Origin: Clostridia bacterium
GTDB taxonomy: Bacteria; Bacillota; Clostridia; TANB77; RGIG9151
Assembly (NCBI GenBank): GCA_017934955.1
Contig: JAGBIO010000002.1
Location: 20,177 to 52,176, forward strand
Reading direction: 5' to 3'
Length of the DNA: 32,000 bases
In this document: in pieces, positions 7,959 through 17,014 of the stretch
How positions within the stretch are numbered: the stretch's first letter is position 1
How the letters are laid out: each line of letters starts with the position of its first letter
Position numbers and translations under genes: made by a program
The notes under the pieces: generated by a model
Databases searched by the model: none
What the model was told of the DNA's origin: nothing
The model's input: only the letters and a program-made list of their open reading frames with translations

Positions 7959-8882
7959 ATGGCGATTAATAAGGTGTTTCAGGCGGCATTAAAGGCGCTT
8001 TCTTATCCAGATTTGGATTTTAAAAAGAATTACGGAATGGCGAGAAAGTTTGAGGGGACTATTTATAAAGAATATGCCGGCGATGATGTGGAGAAGCAGG
8101 ATCATTTTTTTGATTTTGAGGAGAGAAAAATCCGAGTACGGTCTTATCGGGCAAAATCAGCGGAAGAAAAGAGCATTTTGGTTTTTATTCATGGCGGTGG
8201 CTGGGTGTTAGGCTCGGTGGATACTTATGATGATACCTGTGCAGAACTTTCAAAGGCGACGAATTCTACCGTTCTTTCGATTGATTACAGTTTATCGCCG
8301 GAGGTGAAGTTTCCGGTGGCTTTGGAAGAATGCTATAAATTGATAAAAGACATCTTTTGGATGAATGAAGTTCTTTACAGGGAAAAAGCGGAGATTACTT
8401 TAATTGGAGATAGTGCCGGCGGGAATCTTGTTGCGGCTTTATCGATGATGTTTCGGGATAGAGGGGAATTTTCGGTTGTAAAGCAGATTTTGATTTATCC
8501 GGTGACCTACTATACGCATAATCCGGCTCTTTCGCCGTTTGAATCGGTTAGAAGCAACGGAGAAAATTATTTGCTTACAGCGAAGAGATTATGCGATTAT
8601 ACCGAGATGTATGTGAATCAAGAGGAAAATTTAGAGAATCCGTATTTGGCACCGTTATTGGCGAAGGATTTTTCGAATTTGCCGGATACGTTATTGATTA
8701 CGGCGGAATATGATCCTTTGCGAGATGAGGGCGAGTCTTTTGGCGTGAAGTTGAAAGATGCGGGAAATTATGTAGAAATGTATCGTGTGGAAGATACGTT
8801 GCATGGCTTTTTTCACCTTCCGCCTAAGTTTTCTTATGTGCAGACGGTGTATCAATATATCAATCATTTTTTGAATCGCTGA
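7959..8882 (+). CDS. Alpha/beta hydrolase, esterase/lipase of the HSL-like (fold-3) type
   Basis: Oxyanion motif HGGGW, nucleophile elbow GDSAGG, C-terminal DPLRDE and H (LHGF). RBS GGAGG. Confidence 0.85.
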   Translation: MAINKVFQAALKALSYPDLDFKKNYGMARKFEGTIYKEYAGDDVEKQDHFFDFEERKIRVRSYRAKSAEEKSILVFIHGGGWVLGSVDTYDDTCAELSKATNSTVLSIDYSLSPEVKFPVALEECYKLIKDIFWMNEVLYREKAEITLIGDSAGGNLVAALSMMFRDRGEFSVVKQILIYPVTYYTHNPALSPFESVRSNGENYLLTAKRLCDYTEMYVNQEENLENPYLAPLLAKDFSNLPDTLLITAEYDPLRDEGESFGVKLKDAGNYVEMYRVEDTLHGFFHLPPKFSYVQTVYQYINHFLNR

Positions 8883-8935
8883 TATGTCCCTTAAGACTTG
8901 TTTTGCATAATATAGAATGAAGGGGTTTGAGGCTA

Positions 8936-9226
8936 ATGTTAAAGAATATTACAAAAAATGAAGCCCGAATACTTTTGGAAAATCATGCAAAAGTGATCGA
9001 TATCAGAGATAAGAGTGATTTTAATCGTTCTCATTTAAAAGGCTCACTCAACATTGAGCCTCAAGATATTGAGAATATTTTAAATATATACCCTGACAAA
9101 AATACGATGTTGATTGTGGTTTGTGCATCCGGTATCAGAAGTATTGCTGTTGCCGAGATGCTGATTGATTTGGGTTATAAAGAAGTGTATAATTTATTGG
9201 GCGGATATGATGAATATTTTAAATAA
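8936..9226 (+). CDS. Rhodanese-domain protein (single domain)
   Basis: Active-site loop CASGIRS. Start taken as ATG 8936 rather than the track TTG 8927. Confidence 0.78.
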   Translation: MLKNITKNEARILLENHAKVIDIRDKSDFNRSHLKGSLNIEPQDIENILNIYPDKNTMLIVVCASGIRSIAVAEMLIDLGYKEVYNLLGGYDEYFK

Positions 9227-9257
9227 AAAAAGAAAACCGAAATCGGTTTTCTTTTTT
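9225..9257. terminator. Bidirectional intrinsic terminator shared by the rhodanese gene and tRNA-Arg
   Basis: Stem AGAAAACCG / CGGTTTTCT (9231-9239 / 9244-9252), flanked by an A-run on the left and a T-run on the right. Confidence 0.7.
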
Positions 9258-9333
9258 GGTGTGCCTGAGACGATTCGAACGTCCGGCCAACGGCTTAGAA
9301 GGCCGTTGCTCTATCCTGCTGAGCTACAGGCAC
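9257..9333 (-). tRNA. tRNA-Arg (anticodon TCT), CCA encoded
   Basis: The reverse complement folds as a cloverleaf: acceptor GTGCCTG/CAGGCAC, D arm GCTC..GAGC, anticodon stem ACGGC/GCCGT with loop CTTCTAA, T arm GGACG TTCGAAT CGTCT, discriminator A + CCA. 77 nt. Confidence 0.93.
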
Positions 9334-9351
9334 ATGTCTTATTGCTTATAT

Positions 9352-9381
9352 ATTATATACCAAATTAGTTATAAATTGCAA
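9352..9381 (-). promoter_or_regulatory. Candidate promoter for tRNA-Arg
   Basis: On the minus strand: TTGCAA (9376-9381), 18 nt, TATAAT (9352-9357), 18 nt upstream of the mature 5' end. Confidence 0.3.
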
Positions 9382-9453
9382 TAGTTTTTGTAAAAAAAAT
9401 TTAGAAAGTGGTTACAGGTCAGGCTTAACAACTTATTATTTTCGCGAAAGCCT

Positions 9454-9653
9454 TGTAGGGACAGCATTCATGCTGTCCTTTATTCCACATTTTCTGTGGA
9501 CAGCATAGTAGTCAAAACTTCCCAATCACTTCGTTCTTGGAGTTTTTTTACACAGGACGTACAAGCCATTCACTTCGTTCATGGTGTTACGTCCGCGAAT
9601 GCTGTCCCTACACTATTTATGCTTTTTCTATAAATTTAAGTCTGACCAGTAAC
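9454..9653. repeat. Second inverted doublet. Parts: TGTAG + core (9459-9478, minus orientation); 19-nt spacer; plus-oriented core split into 9498-9507 and 9598-9607 + CTACA (9608-9612); right arm ending TCTGACCAGTAAC (9641-9653).
   Basis: Aligns module by module with 23-133, including the approximately 45-nt right arm. Confidence 0.85.
9508..9597 (+). mobile_element. 90-nt structured insert (MITE-like) sitting exactly in the loop of a core palindrome
   Basis: GGACAGCATA | insert | AATGCTGTCC, versus the intact GGACAGCATAAATGCTGTCC at 68-87. The insert starts GTAG. It holds an 11-nt direct repeat TCACTTCGTTC (9526-9536, 9570-9580), each inside a small hairpin (CCAA..TTGG, CCAT..ATGG), and an outer stem GGACGTA/TACGTCC (9555-9561 / 9588-9594). 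Confidence 0.55.
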
Positions 9654-9693
9654 AGAAATTGGTTTCAGTTCAGACTAAAGTTGTTGCAAATAT

Positions 9694-9767
9694 ATCGGTA
9701 CGTCAAGGACGCCGTCTCCTACAATGGTTGTAGCATCATTATAAAAAGCTATATTCTGAACTGTAAC
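9694..9767 (+). repeat. Composite element with the second core type: ATCGGTACGTCAAGGACGCCGTCTCC + TACA (9694-9723), degenerate CAATGGT..ATCATT hairpin, right arm AAAGCTATATTCTGAACTGTAAC
   Basis: The reverse complement of 9694-9723 matches 18138-18167 at 27 of 30 positions. The downstream modules match 22501-22551. Confidence 0.75.
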
Positions 9768-9846
9768 TTATTTTCGGATAATCTGCAAGAACTTTATTGG
9801 TACTTTTGATGATTTGTGATAGAATCTTAGCAAGGAGGGTGAGATT

Positions 9847-10605
9847 ATGAAAAATTTATTTGATTTGACGGGTAAAGTAGCGATTGTGACGGGTTCGAGT
9901 CGTGGTTTAGGACAGGCGATTTGTGTGGCTTTGGCGGAGAATGGTGCGAATGTGGTTGGAGTGAGTCAGTCGAGTAGTGAGGAGACAAAGTCGTTGGTAG
10001 AAAAAGCGGGTGGTAAGTTTGCTTGGGTGAAGGCGGATCTTACTACTTTAGAGGCGGTTGATGAGATTATAAATACGGCGAAAGAGACGTTTGGAAGAGT
10101 GGATATTTTAGTAAATAATGCGGGAACGATTCGTCGTGCGGATGCGGTGGATTATACCGAGAAGGATTGGGACGATATTTTGAATTTGAATTTAAAAACA
10201 GCGTTTTTCTTATCGCAGAGAGTGGCGAAGGAGTTTATGGAACAGAAACAGGGCGGAAAGATTGTGAATATTGCTTCTATGCTTACATTCCAAGGGGGTA
10301 TTCGTGTGCCGGCTTATACGGCAAGCAAGAGTGCGATTGGCGGTGTGACAAAGGCGTTGGCGAATGAGTGGGCGAAGTATGGAATTAATGTGAATGCGAT
10401 TGCACCGGGTTATATGGCGACGGATAATACGCAGGCGCTTCGTGCGGATGAAAAGAGAAGCGAGGAGATTTTGAGCCGAATTCCGGCTGGACGTTGGGGG
10501 ACACCGGAGGATTTAATGGGCGCGGTCGTTTTCTTGTCTTCGGCGGCTTCGGACTATGTGAATGGACATATTTTGGCGGTTGATGGTGGTTGGTTGGCGA
10601 GATAA
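9847..10605 (+). CDS. kduD: 2-dehydro-3-deoxy-D-gluconate 5-dehydrogenase (SDR family)
   Basis: TGSSRGLG cofactor motif and YTASK catalytic motif. The C-terminal half (NIASMLTFQGGIRVPAYTASKS...NVNAIAPGYMATDNT...IPAGRWG...VDGGWLAR) is very close to KduD as I remember it. Confidence 0.85.
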   Translation: MKNLFDLTGKVAIVTGSSRGLGQAICVALAENGANVVGVSQSSSEETKSLVEKAGGKFAWVKADLTTLEAVDEIINTAKETFGRVDILVNNAGTIRRADAVDYTEKDWDDILNLNLKTAFFLSQRVAKEFMEQKQGGKIVNIASMLTFQGGIRVPAYTASKSAIGGVTKALANEWAKYGINVNAIAPGYMATDNTQALRADEKRSEEILSRIPAGRWGTPEDLMGAVVFLSSAASDYVNGHILAVDGGWLAR

Positions 10606-10704
10606 ATAAAGGGATTCCTTCTTTGAAAAAATAGCAAGAATGGATTATTTATGAAAAAATTGGGTAATCTATTTTTGCAAAATTTTTTTGAAGGAGGAAT
10701 TTTT

Positions 10705-11130
10705 ATGTATAATTTAGTGCCATGGGAAAACAGAAACGGTAGTGTATTTGACTATTTGGATCATTGGGAGAAAAACTTATGGGAAGGTCTTTCGGGGGCG
10801 ACAAATAGTTTTAAGACGGATATTATTGATAAAGGGGATAAATATCTTCTTCAGGCGGAGTTGCCGGGGTTTGAGAAGAAGGATATTTATATCGATATTG
10901 ATGGAGATTATTTGACGATTCAGGCAGAGAAAGATGATAGTAAGGAGTATGATGAGACGGATAAGGTGATTAAGAAGGAGCGGTATTATCATTCGTATGC
11001 GAGAAGTTTTCGGGTTTCGGGTGTGGAGAAGGATAAGATTACAGCGGAGTATAAAAACGGAGTTTTGGAGATGGCGTTACCAAAAACAGAAATGAAACAT
11101 GAGGGCGGTACGCAGATTGAGGTGCAATAA
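10705..11130 (+). CDS. Hsp20/alpha-crystallin family small heat-shock protein
   Basis: Alpha-crystallin domain (AELPGFEKKDIYIDIDGDYLTIQAE ... NGVLEMALPK). Start moved to ATG 10705, 8 nt after AAGGAGG (10691-10697). Confidence 0.88.
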   Translation: MYNLVPWENRNGSVFDYLDHWEKNLWEGLSGATNSFKTDIIDKGDKYLLQAELPGFEKKDIYIDIDGDYLTIQAEKDDSKEYDETDKVIKKERYYHSYARSFRVSGVEKDKITAEYKNGVLEMALPKTEMKHEGGTQIEVQ

Positions 11131-11150
11131 GGATAGGCAAGAGAAAAGAA

Positions 11151-11197
11151 AAAATAAAGGCAATTACGAAGGAAAATGCCTTTATTTTTTCTTTTTT
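11151..11197 (+). terminator. Intrinsic terminator after hsp20
   Basis: 12-bp stem AAAATAAAGGCA / TGCCTTTATTTT (11151-11162 / 11177-11188), then a T-run. Confidence 0.5.
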
Positions 11198-11253
11198 CCT
11201 GCCTTGATAATTCTCGCAAATTGTGATAATCTTCTATCTTGGAGGAGTTTATT

Positions 11254-12417
11254 ATGTACAATGTCATTTTAGTAAGATATGGTGAAATTGCCTTGAAGGG
11301 AAATAACAGGGCGAAATTTGAGAAAAAATTAGTGGATAATATTAAGGACGCTTTGCGTGGAGAAAAGGTGAAAATTCAGATTTCGCAGGCGAGAGTATAT
11401 ATTGAACCGGAGGAACCGGAGTTTTTGGATCGGATTATGGAGAAGACGAGACGGGTGTTTGGTATTGTTTCGATTAGTCCGGCTGTGAAGATTGATAGTG
11501 ATTATGATTTGATTAAGAAAACGGCGGTTCAATTAATGGAAGAGGAAAATTTGAATGAGACGTTTAAGGTGGAGGCGCGTCGTGGAGATAAGAGTTTTCC
11601 GAAGGATTCCATGGAAATTGCGAAAGAGGTTGGCGGCTATATTTTATCGAAGATAAAGGGTCTTCGGGTGGATGTGACGAAGCCGGAGACGTTGTTGACG
11701 ATTGAAGTGAGAGAGAAAACCTATATTTACATAGAGAAGATTCCGGCACTTGGCGGTATGCCGGTTGGAACGAACGGAAAGGCTTTATTGCTTGTTTCGG
11801 GTGGAATCGATAGTCCGGTTGCGGGGTATATGTTGGCGCGTCGTGGGGTTGAGATTGATGCGTTGCATTTCTTTAGTCCTCCATATACGGGACCGAAGGC
11901 TCGTGAAAAGGTTATTGATTTGTGTAAGATTTTGGCGGGGTATTGTAAGAAAGTGAATTTATATATTGCGAATTTTACCGAACCGCAGTTGGCGATTCGG
12001 GATAATTGTCCGGCGGATCAGATGGTGTTGTTGATGCGTCGTATTATGATGAGAGTGGCGGAGCGTGTTGCGGCGGCGAAGGGCTGTGATGCTTTGCTTA
12101 CGGGGGAGAATATCGGACAAGTGGCGAGTCAGACGATGAAGTCGATTGTAGCGACGAATGATGTTTGCAGTATTCCGGTGTTTCGCCCGTTAATTGGATT
12201 GGACAAGAATGATATTATTGATATTGCGAAGAAGATTGGAACTTATGAGACTTCTATTTTGCCGTATGAGGATTGCTGTACGATTTTTGTGCCGAAGCAT
12301 CCGGAGACGCAGCCGAAGATTGAGAAGTTAAAGAAGTCGGAGGAACATTTGGCGATTGAGGAAATTGTGGAGACGGTGGTTAATAATTTAGAGCGTATTG
12401 AGATATTGGGAAATTAG
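11254..12417 (+). CDS. thiI: tRNA 4-thiouridine(8) synthase ThiI
   Basis: N-terminal ferredoxin-like/THUMP pattern (VILVRYGEIALKGNNR) and PP-loop SGGIDSPVA. Start ATG 11254 after GGAGGAG. Confidence 0.9.
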   Translation: MYNVILVRYGEIALKGNNRAKFEKKLVDNIKDALRGEKVKIQISQARVYIEPEEPEFLDRIMEKTRRVFGIVSISPAVKIDSDYDLIKKTAVQLMEEENLNETFKVEARRGDKSFPKDSMEIAKEVGGYILSKIKGLRVDVTKPETLLTIEVREKTYIYIEKIPALGGMPVGTNGKALLLVSGGIDSPVAGYMLARRGVEIDALHFFSPPYTGPKAREKVIDLCKILAGYCKKVNLYIANFTEPQLAIRDNCPADQMVLLMRRIMMRVAERVAAAKGCDALLTGENIGQVASQTMKSIVATNDVCSIPVFRPLIGLDKNDIIDIAKKIGTYETSILPYEDCCTIFVPKHPETQPKIEKLKKSEEHLAIEEIVETVVNNLERIEILGN

Positions 12418-12425
12418 AAGAAAGT

Positions 12426-12451
12426 GGACAGCATAAATGCTGTCCGTACGG
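12426..12451 (+). repeat. Single core palindrome GGACAGCATAAATGCTGTCC + GTACGG between thiI and mutL
   Basis: Read directly. Lies 9 nt after the thiI stop. Confidence 0.9.
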
Positions 12452-12492
12452 ATAGAAAGAGCAGACATGATGTGTGGAAGGAGAGGGGTGTT

Positions 12493-14391
12493 GTGGGTAA
12501 GATTGTTGTGTTGGACGAGCTGACGTCGAATCAGATTGCGGCGGGCGAGGTTGTGGAGAGACCTTCGTCGGTGGCGAAGGAGATGATTGAGAATTCTTTG
12601 GATGCGGGTGCGACGAGTGTGACGGTGGAGATCTTAAATGGCGGAATTTCCTATTTGAAGATTTCGGATAACGGTAGCGGAATTGCGAAGGATGATATGG
12701 AGCTTGCGTTTGAACGGCATGCGACAAGTAAGATTCGTAGCGCGAGTGATTTGAATTCGATTTCTTCTTTTGGCTTTCGTGGTGAGGCTTTAGCGTCGGT
12801 TGCGTCGGTTGCGGAAGTGGAGGTGACGACTCGGCAGGCGGAGAGCGATGTGGGAAACCGTTTAGTGATAAAGGGCGGTAAAATTTTAGAACAGACGGAA
12901 GCGGCGAGTAACAAAGGGACGACGATGGTGGTTCGAAACTTATTCTATAACACGCCGGCTCGTTATAAATTTTTGAAGAAGGATTATACCGAAGCGGGAT
13001 ATATTGAGGATGTTGTGTCGAAGATGGCATTGATTCATTCGGATATTGCGTTTAAGTATATCAATTCGAAGAAGGTGATTCTTCAGACGAATGGGGACGG
13101 AAATATTATTAATAGCATTTACAGCATTTACGGGAAGGATATTGCGAGAAATGTGATTCCGTTTTCGTTTGAGATGGAGAATGTGAAAGTGACCGGTGTG
13201 GCGGGAAATGCGTCAACGGGGCGTTCGAATCGTACCAATCAGATCTTTTTTGTGAATGGAAGATACATAAAGAATAAGACAATTTCGACGGCGGTGGAGA
13301 ATGCGTATCAGACAATTGTGCCGGAGGGAAAGTTTCCGTTTGTGGTTGTGAATGTGGAAATGAGTAATGAGTTAGTGGATGTGAATGTGCATCCGGCGAA
13401 GACGGAGGTCCGTTTTTCTGATGAGAGCGTGATTTATCGGGCGGTGTATAATGCGGTAAGAGGAGCGGTTTTGGAGAGGGATTTGGTTCCGGAAATGGAG
13501 AAACCGGAGGAAGAATCTGAGTTGCCGAAGCATGATGTGAAGGAATTGTTTCAGTCGCTTCCGAAGGGGGAGACGAATCGGTTTGCGGGAAGTTCAATAC
13601 CGAGAAGCGGGAGTAGTTTTTCTTCTGCGAAGAGTGGCAGTAGTTATCCTTCTTTTTCTTCTCCAAAGAGTAGCAGTGGGATGAAGGATTCTTACCGTCT
13701 GGTGAATATTCCGACGGCATCGATCCCGGTACAGGAGAAGAAGGAAATTTATCAGCCGATAAAAGAGCGAAATGAAAGTATTTTTAACAGTGAAGCGGTT
13801 TCGGTACCGAATCCGGTGAAGGATTATAAGATTATCGGCGTGGTGTTTTCGACGTATATTATTTTACAACAAAGAGACGATTTTTATATTATCGATCAGC
13901 ATGCGGCGCATGAGCGTGTGATGTATGAGCGACTTGTGAAGAAGGTGCGGGAAAAGCAGAAAAATAAGCAGATTTTGATGATCCCGGAAGTCATCGAGTT
14001 AAAGAAGAATGAGTTTGATTTGGTTTCGGCGAATTTGGATTTATTTGATAAGACGGGATTTGAGTTGGAGGAGTTTGGAGGAAATTCTTTTAAGATTTCG
14101 GCGGTTCCGAGTGAAATTTCGACTTCGGATATTAAGGGAATTTTCTTTGATTTAATTGATAGTCTAAGTCGTGAGAGTGGGGTTGTGGAGAATGATAAGG
14201 TGGAATACTTTATTTTTACCATGGCTTGCAAGGCGGCGGTGAAGGCGAATATGAATTTGGATTATCGGGAGATTGAAGTGCTGATTGATGAGATGATGAA
14301 ACTAAATAATCCGTTTACTTGTCCGCATGGGAGACCGACAGCGATTCGTATGAGTAAGGCGGAGTTGGAGAAGAAATTTAAGAGAAGTTAA
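12493..14391 (+). CDS. mutL: DNA mismatch repair protein MutL
   Basis: GHKL ATPase motifs (IAAGEVVERP, ENSLDAGA, GFRGEAL), a low-complexity S-rich linker, and a C-terminal dimerisation/endonuclease domain (DQHAAHERV). Start set at GTV 12493 after GGAGAGGGG, because the track start 12424 is the translated repeat. GTG 12472 is an alternative. Confidence 0.9.
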   Translation: MGKIVVLDELTSNQIAAGEVVERPSSVAKEMIENSLDAGATSVTVEILNGGISYLKISDNGSGIAKDDMELAFERHATSKIRSASDLNSISSFGFRGEALASVASVAEVEVTTRQAESDVGNRLVIKGGKILEQTEAASNKGTTMVVRNLFYNTPARYKFLKKDYTEAGYIEDVVSKMALIHSDIAFKYINSKKVILQTNGDGNIINSIYSIYGKDIARNVIPFSFEMENVKVTGVAGNASTGRSNRTNQIFFVNGRYIKNKTISTAVENAYQTIVPEGKFPFVVVNVEMSNELVDVNVHPAKTEVRFSDESVIYRAVYNAVRGAVLERDLVPEMEKPEEESELPKHDVKELFQSLPKGETNRFAGSSIPRSGSSFSSAKSGSSYPSFSSPKSSSGMKDSYRLVNIPTASIPVQEKKEIYQPIKERNESIFNSEAVSVPNPVKDYKIIGVVFSTYIILQQRDDFYIIDQHAAHERVMYERLVKKVREKQKNKQILMIPEVIELKKNEFDLVSANLDLFDKTGFELEEFGGNSFKISAVPSEISTSDIKGIFFDLIDSLSRESGVVENDKVEYFIFTMACKAAVKANMNLDYREIEVLIDEMMKLNNPFTCPHGRPTAIRMSKAELEKKFKRS

Positions 14392-14407
14392 GAGTTGGGA
14401 GTTTGGA

Positions 14408-15331
14408 ATGAAGAGTAAAGTTTTGGTGATTGCCGGTCCGACGGCGGTAGGTAAGACGAAGATTGCGATTGAGACAGCGAAGCGACTAAACGGGGAGATT
14501 ATTTCGGCGGATTCGATGCAGATTTATAAGAAGATGGATATTGGTACGGCGAAGCCTACCGTTGAGGAAATGGACGGTATTCCGCATCATTTGTTAAGTG
14601 TTGTCGAGATTGGGGAGAAATTTAGTGTCGTGGATTTTCAAAAGGCGGCATATACTTGTATTGAGGATATTTTGAGCCGTGGGAAAGTACCGATTGTTTG
14701 TGGCGGGACGGGGCTTTATATCAACAGTTTGGTGGAGGAGATTGATTACGGCGAGGTAACGTCTTCGGAGAAACTTCGGGAGGAACTTGAAAAAGTTGCG
14801 AAGGAAAAAGGGAATGCGTATCTGTATGAAGAATTAAAAAAGGTAGATAAAGAGTCGGCGGAGAGAATTAAGCTAAATGATATGAAGCGGATTATTCGTG
14901 CTTTAGAGGTTTATCGTGTGACCGGCAAAACGATTACGGAGTTTCAGAGAAGGTCTAAAGAAAAAGAGAAAAAATACGATTATATAGTAGTGGGATTACA
15001 GATGGAACGCGAAAAATTATACGAGCGGATTAATTTACGTGTGGAGGAAATGATGAAGTGCGGATTGCTTGAGGAAGCGAAGGCTGTAATGGAGGAAATG
15101 AACGCGAACGAGAAACTTACTTCTTTTCAGGCGATCGGCTATAAAGAGTTTATGCCGTTTTTTGAGGGAGTATGTTCCCTTGAAGAGGTTGCAGAGCAGA
15201 TTAAGCAAGAGTCAAGACGCTATGCGAAGCGGCAGATCACATGGTTTAAGAGGACACCGGGATTACGTTGGTTTGATGTTTCGGATGGTGTTTCGGTAAT
15301 TGATAAAATTTTGGAGTTTTATACGGAATAG
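14408..15331 (+). CDS. miaA: tRNA dimethylallyltransferase
   Basis: P-loop GPTAVGKT and IPHHLL motif. Classic mutL-miaA-hfq order. Confidence 0.92.
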   Translation: MKSKVLVIAGPTAVGKTKIAIETAKRLNGEIISADSMQIYKKMDIGTAKPTVEEMDGIPHHLLSVVEIGEKFSVVDFQKAAYTCIEDILSRGKVPIVCGGTGLYINSLVEEIDYGEVTSSEKLREELEKVAKEKGNAYLYEELKKVDKESAERIKLNDMKRIIRALEVYRVTGKTITEFQRRSKEKEKKYDYIVVGLQMEREKLYERINLRVEEMMKCGLLEEAKAVMEEMNANEKLTSFQAIGYKEFMPFFEGVCSLEEVAEQIKQESRRYAKRQITWFKRTPGLRWFDVSDGVSVIDKILEFYTE

Positions 15332-15342
15332 GAGGAGCTTTT

Positions 15343-15591
15343 ATGGCAGGAGCGAATTTACAGGATTTATTTTTGAACCAATTACGAAAGGAACATTCGG
15401 TGGTGAGTGTTTATTTGGTGAATGGTTTTCAGCATAAAGGGGTTATTAAGGGATTTGATAATTTTGTTGTGATGCTTGAGAATGATGGAAAGCAGTTTTT
15501 AATTTATAAACATTCGATTGCGACGATTAATCCGTTAAAGCCGATTAAGACGATGCTGGGAACGGAGGACCAACCGATTAATTTTGTGTAA
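15343..15591 (+). CDS. hfq: RNA chaperone Hfq
   Basis: Sm1/Sm2 motifs ([33 protein letters not shown]). RBS GGAGGAG. Confidence 0.92.
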   Translation: MAGANLQDLFLNQLRKEHSVVSVYLVNGFQHKGVIKGFDNFVVMLENDGKQFLIYKHSIATINPLKPIKTMLGTEDQPINFV

Positions 15592-15613
15592 AAAAATGGG
15601 TCAGAAAAAATGA

Positions 15614-15653
15614 AAGAATAGAGAATAAATGAAATTTATTCTTTATTCTTTTC
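15614..15653 (+). terminator. Intrinsic terminator after hfq (AT-rich stem)
   Basis: AGAATAAAT GAA ATTTATTCT core (15622-15642), extended by AAGAATA/TATTCTT, then TTC/T-rich sequence. Confidence 0.45.
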
Positions 15654-15668
15654 TATGCGAGGGTAGTC

Positions 15669-16913
15669 ATGTCAACAAAAGAGGAAAAGGTAGTTTATCG
15701 AGTGAAGAAGAAAAGTAAAATAAAATGGGGTAGATTTGTAATATTTGTGCTTTTGATCGCATATATTATAATGTTTGTCTACACCTTTTTTTCGCAGTCT
15801 GTGGATACGACGGTAATTGTGAATGGCGAGATTGAAGTGTTGGAGACGGTAGATGGCTATATTACGCGTAATGAGAAGATTGTGAATGTGGAAGCAACGG
15901 GAGAGTTGTATCCGATTGCGAATGAGGGGGAACGTGTTTCGGTGGGACAAACCGTTGCGGTTTTGAAGGAACGTGACAGCAGCGAGATTAACGGAAAAAT
16001 TCAGGAAATTAATGCGAAACTTTCACAGTTATCCGGTCCGGGGATTTTTAATAACGATATTGCGCTAATTGAGAGTGATGTGAATTCGGTTTTGCAGAAT
16101 TTGATGTTGTCGGATTATAATGATACGTTTTCGACGTTAAGCGATGTGAAGAGTAAAATTGATGATAAGCTTAGCAAAAAAGCGAAAATTATCGGGGAGA
16201 TGAGTCCGAAGGGTTCAGTGGAGCGTAATTATTATGACGAGTTGCGGCAATATGAGGCGGAACTTACGGCGAGTCGGACGGAGCTTACGGCGCCGATTGC
16301 GGGTACGGTTGCGTATAAATTGGATGGCTATGAGGAAGTTTTTTCTTCGAAGGAAATCGGAAATTACGAGTCAGAAGTTTTGGAGAAATTAAAAGTGCCG
16401 AGCGGTGAATTGGTGGGAACTATTAAGCCGAATTGTTTTAAGATTGTGGATAATATTGAAGGTTATATTACGGTAATTTCTTCGTCGAAGAATGCGTTAA
16501 ATGCGAAGGTCGATAGTAAGGTAAAGTTAAGATTCCCGGAAATCGGTTCAGATGAGATTACGGGAAGAATTGATTATATTACCATTGAGAACGGTAAGGC
16601 GATTTTGACATTTCGGATTAATCGCGGAATCGAGTCATTACTGAATTATCGGAAAATTAAAGTGGATATTATTTGGGACAGTGCGTCGGGATTGAAGGTT
16701 CCGACTTCGGCGATTCGTGAAAATGAGGGAGTCAATCAAATTTATATTGTGAATGGGACGAGATTATTCCCGAAAACGATTGAAATTGTAAATAGTTATG
16801 GCGGAGATTCGATTATTAAAGAGGTTGAGGGAGAGAGTAAGCCGTATTTGTATGACAAAATCGTAGAGGATGCGGCGAATGTGAAGGAAGAAAAAATGAT
16901 AATTGCAAATTAA
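15669..16913 (+). CDS. HlyD-family membrane-fusion/adaptor-like protein (N-terminal TM anchor)
   Basis: TM helix FVIFVLLIAYIIMFVYTFF, a lipoyl-like hairpin halves pattern (GEIEVL...V.VGQTVAVL ... LTAPIAGTV) and a coiled-coil middle. No transporter partner adjacent. Confidence 0.5.
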   Translation: MSTKEEKVVYRVKKKSKIKWGRFVIFVLLIAYIIMFVYTFFSQSVDTTVIVNGEIEVLETVDGYITRNEKIVNVEATGELYPIANEGERVSVGQTVAVLKERDSSEINGKIQEINAKLSQLSGPGIFNNDIALIESDVNSVLQNLMLSDYNDTFSTLSDVKSKIDDKLSKKAKIIGEMSPKGSVERNYYDELRQYEAELTASRTELTAPIAGTVAYKLDGYEEVFSSKEIGNYESEVLEKLKVPSGELVGTIKPNCFKIVDNIEGYITVISSSKNALNAKVDSKVKLRFPEIGSDEITGRIDYITIENGKAILTFRINRGIESLLNYRKIKVDIIWDSASGLKVPTSAIRENEGVNQIYIVNGTRLFPKTIEIVNSYGGDSIIKEVEGESKPYLYDKIVEDAANVKEEKMIIAN

Positions 16914-17014
16914 ATTTTTAAAAAGCGTATAAAGTTTTTCATATATTTTCCGATATATGAAGAGTAAAGTGACACAGAAGAGAATTTTTAATTTATTTTT
17001 AGGGAGGTTTGAAT

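Noticed and set aside
9165-9368. 67-aa + strand ORF
   Set aside because: It overlaps the terminator and the whole minus-strand tRNA-Arg.
9537-9809. 90-aa + strand ORF in the tRNA-kduD gap
   Set aside because: It starts inside the 90-nt insert and runs through repeat modules. It has no RBS, and its composition is that of intergenic repeats.
12426-12451. Repeat hairpins as ordinary intrinsic terminators
   Set aside because: Apart from 7249-7283, none is followed by a T-run. Several lie between genes that look co-transcribed (nadK-recN, thiI-mutL).
12380-13720. Long antisense ORFs inside mutL (216 aa and 203 aa, P/S/H/Q-rich). Similar ones lie antisense to rnr, recN, rlmD and the 26089 gene.
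   Set aside because: They are expected by-products of the strong G excess on the + strand, which leaves few stop codons on the complement. Their composition is low-complexity, they have no RBS, and each lies fully inside a well-supported gene.
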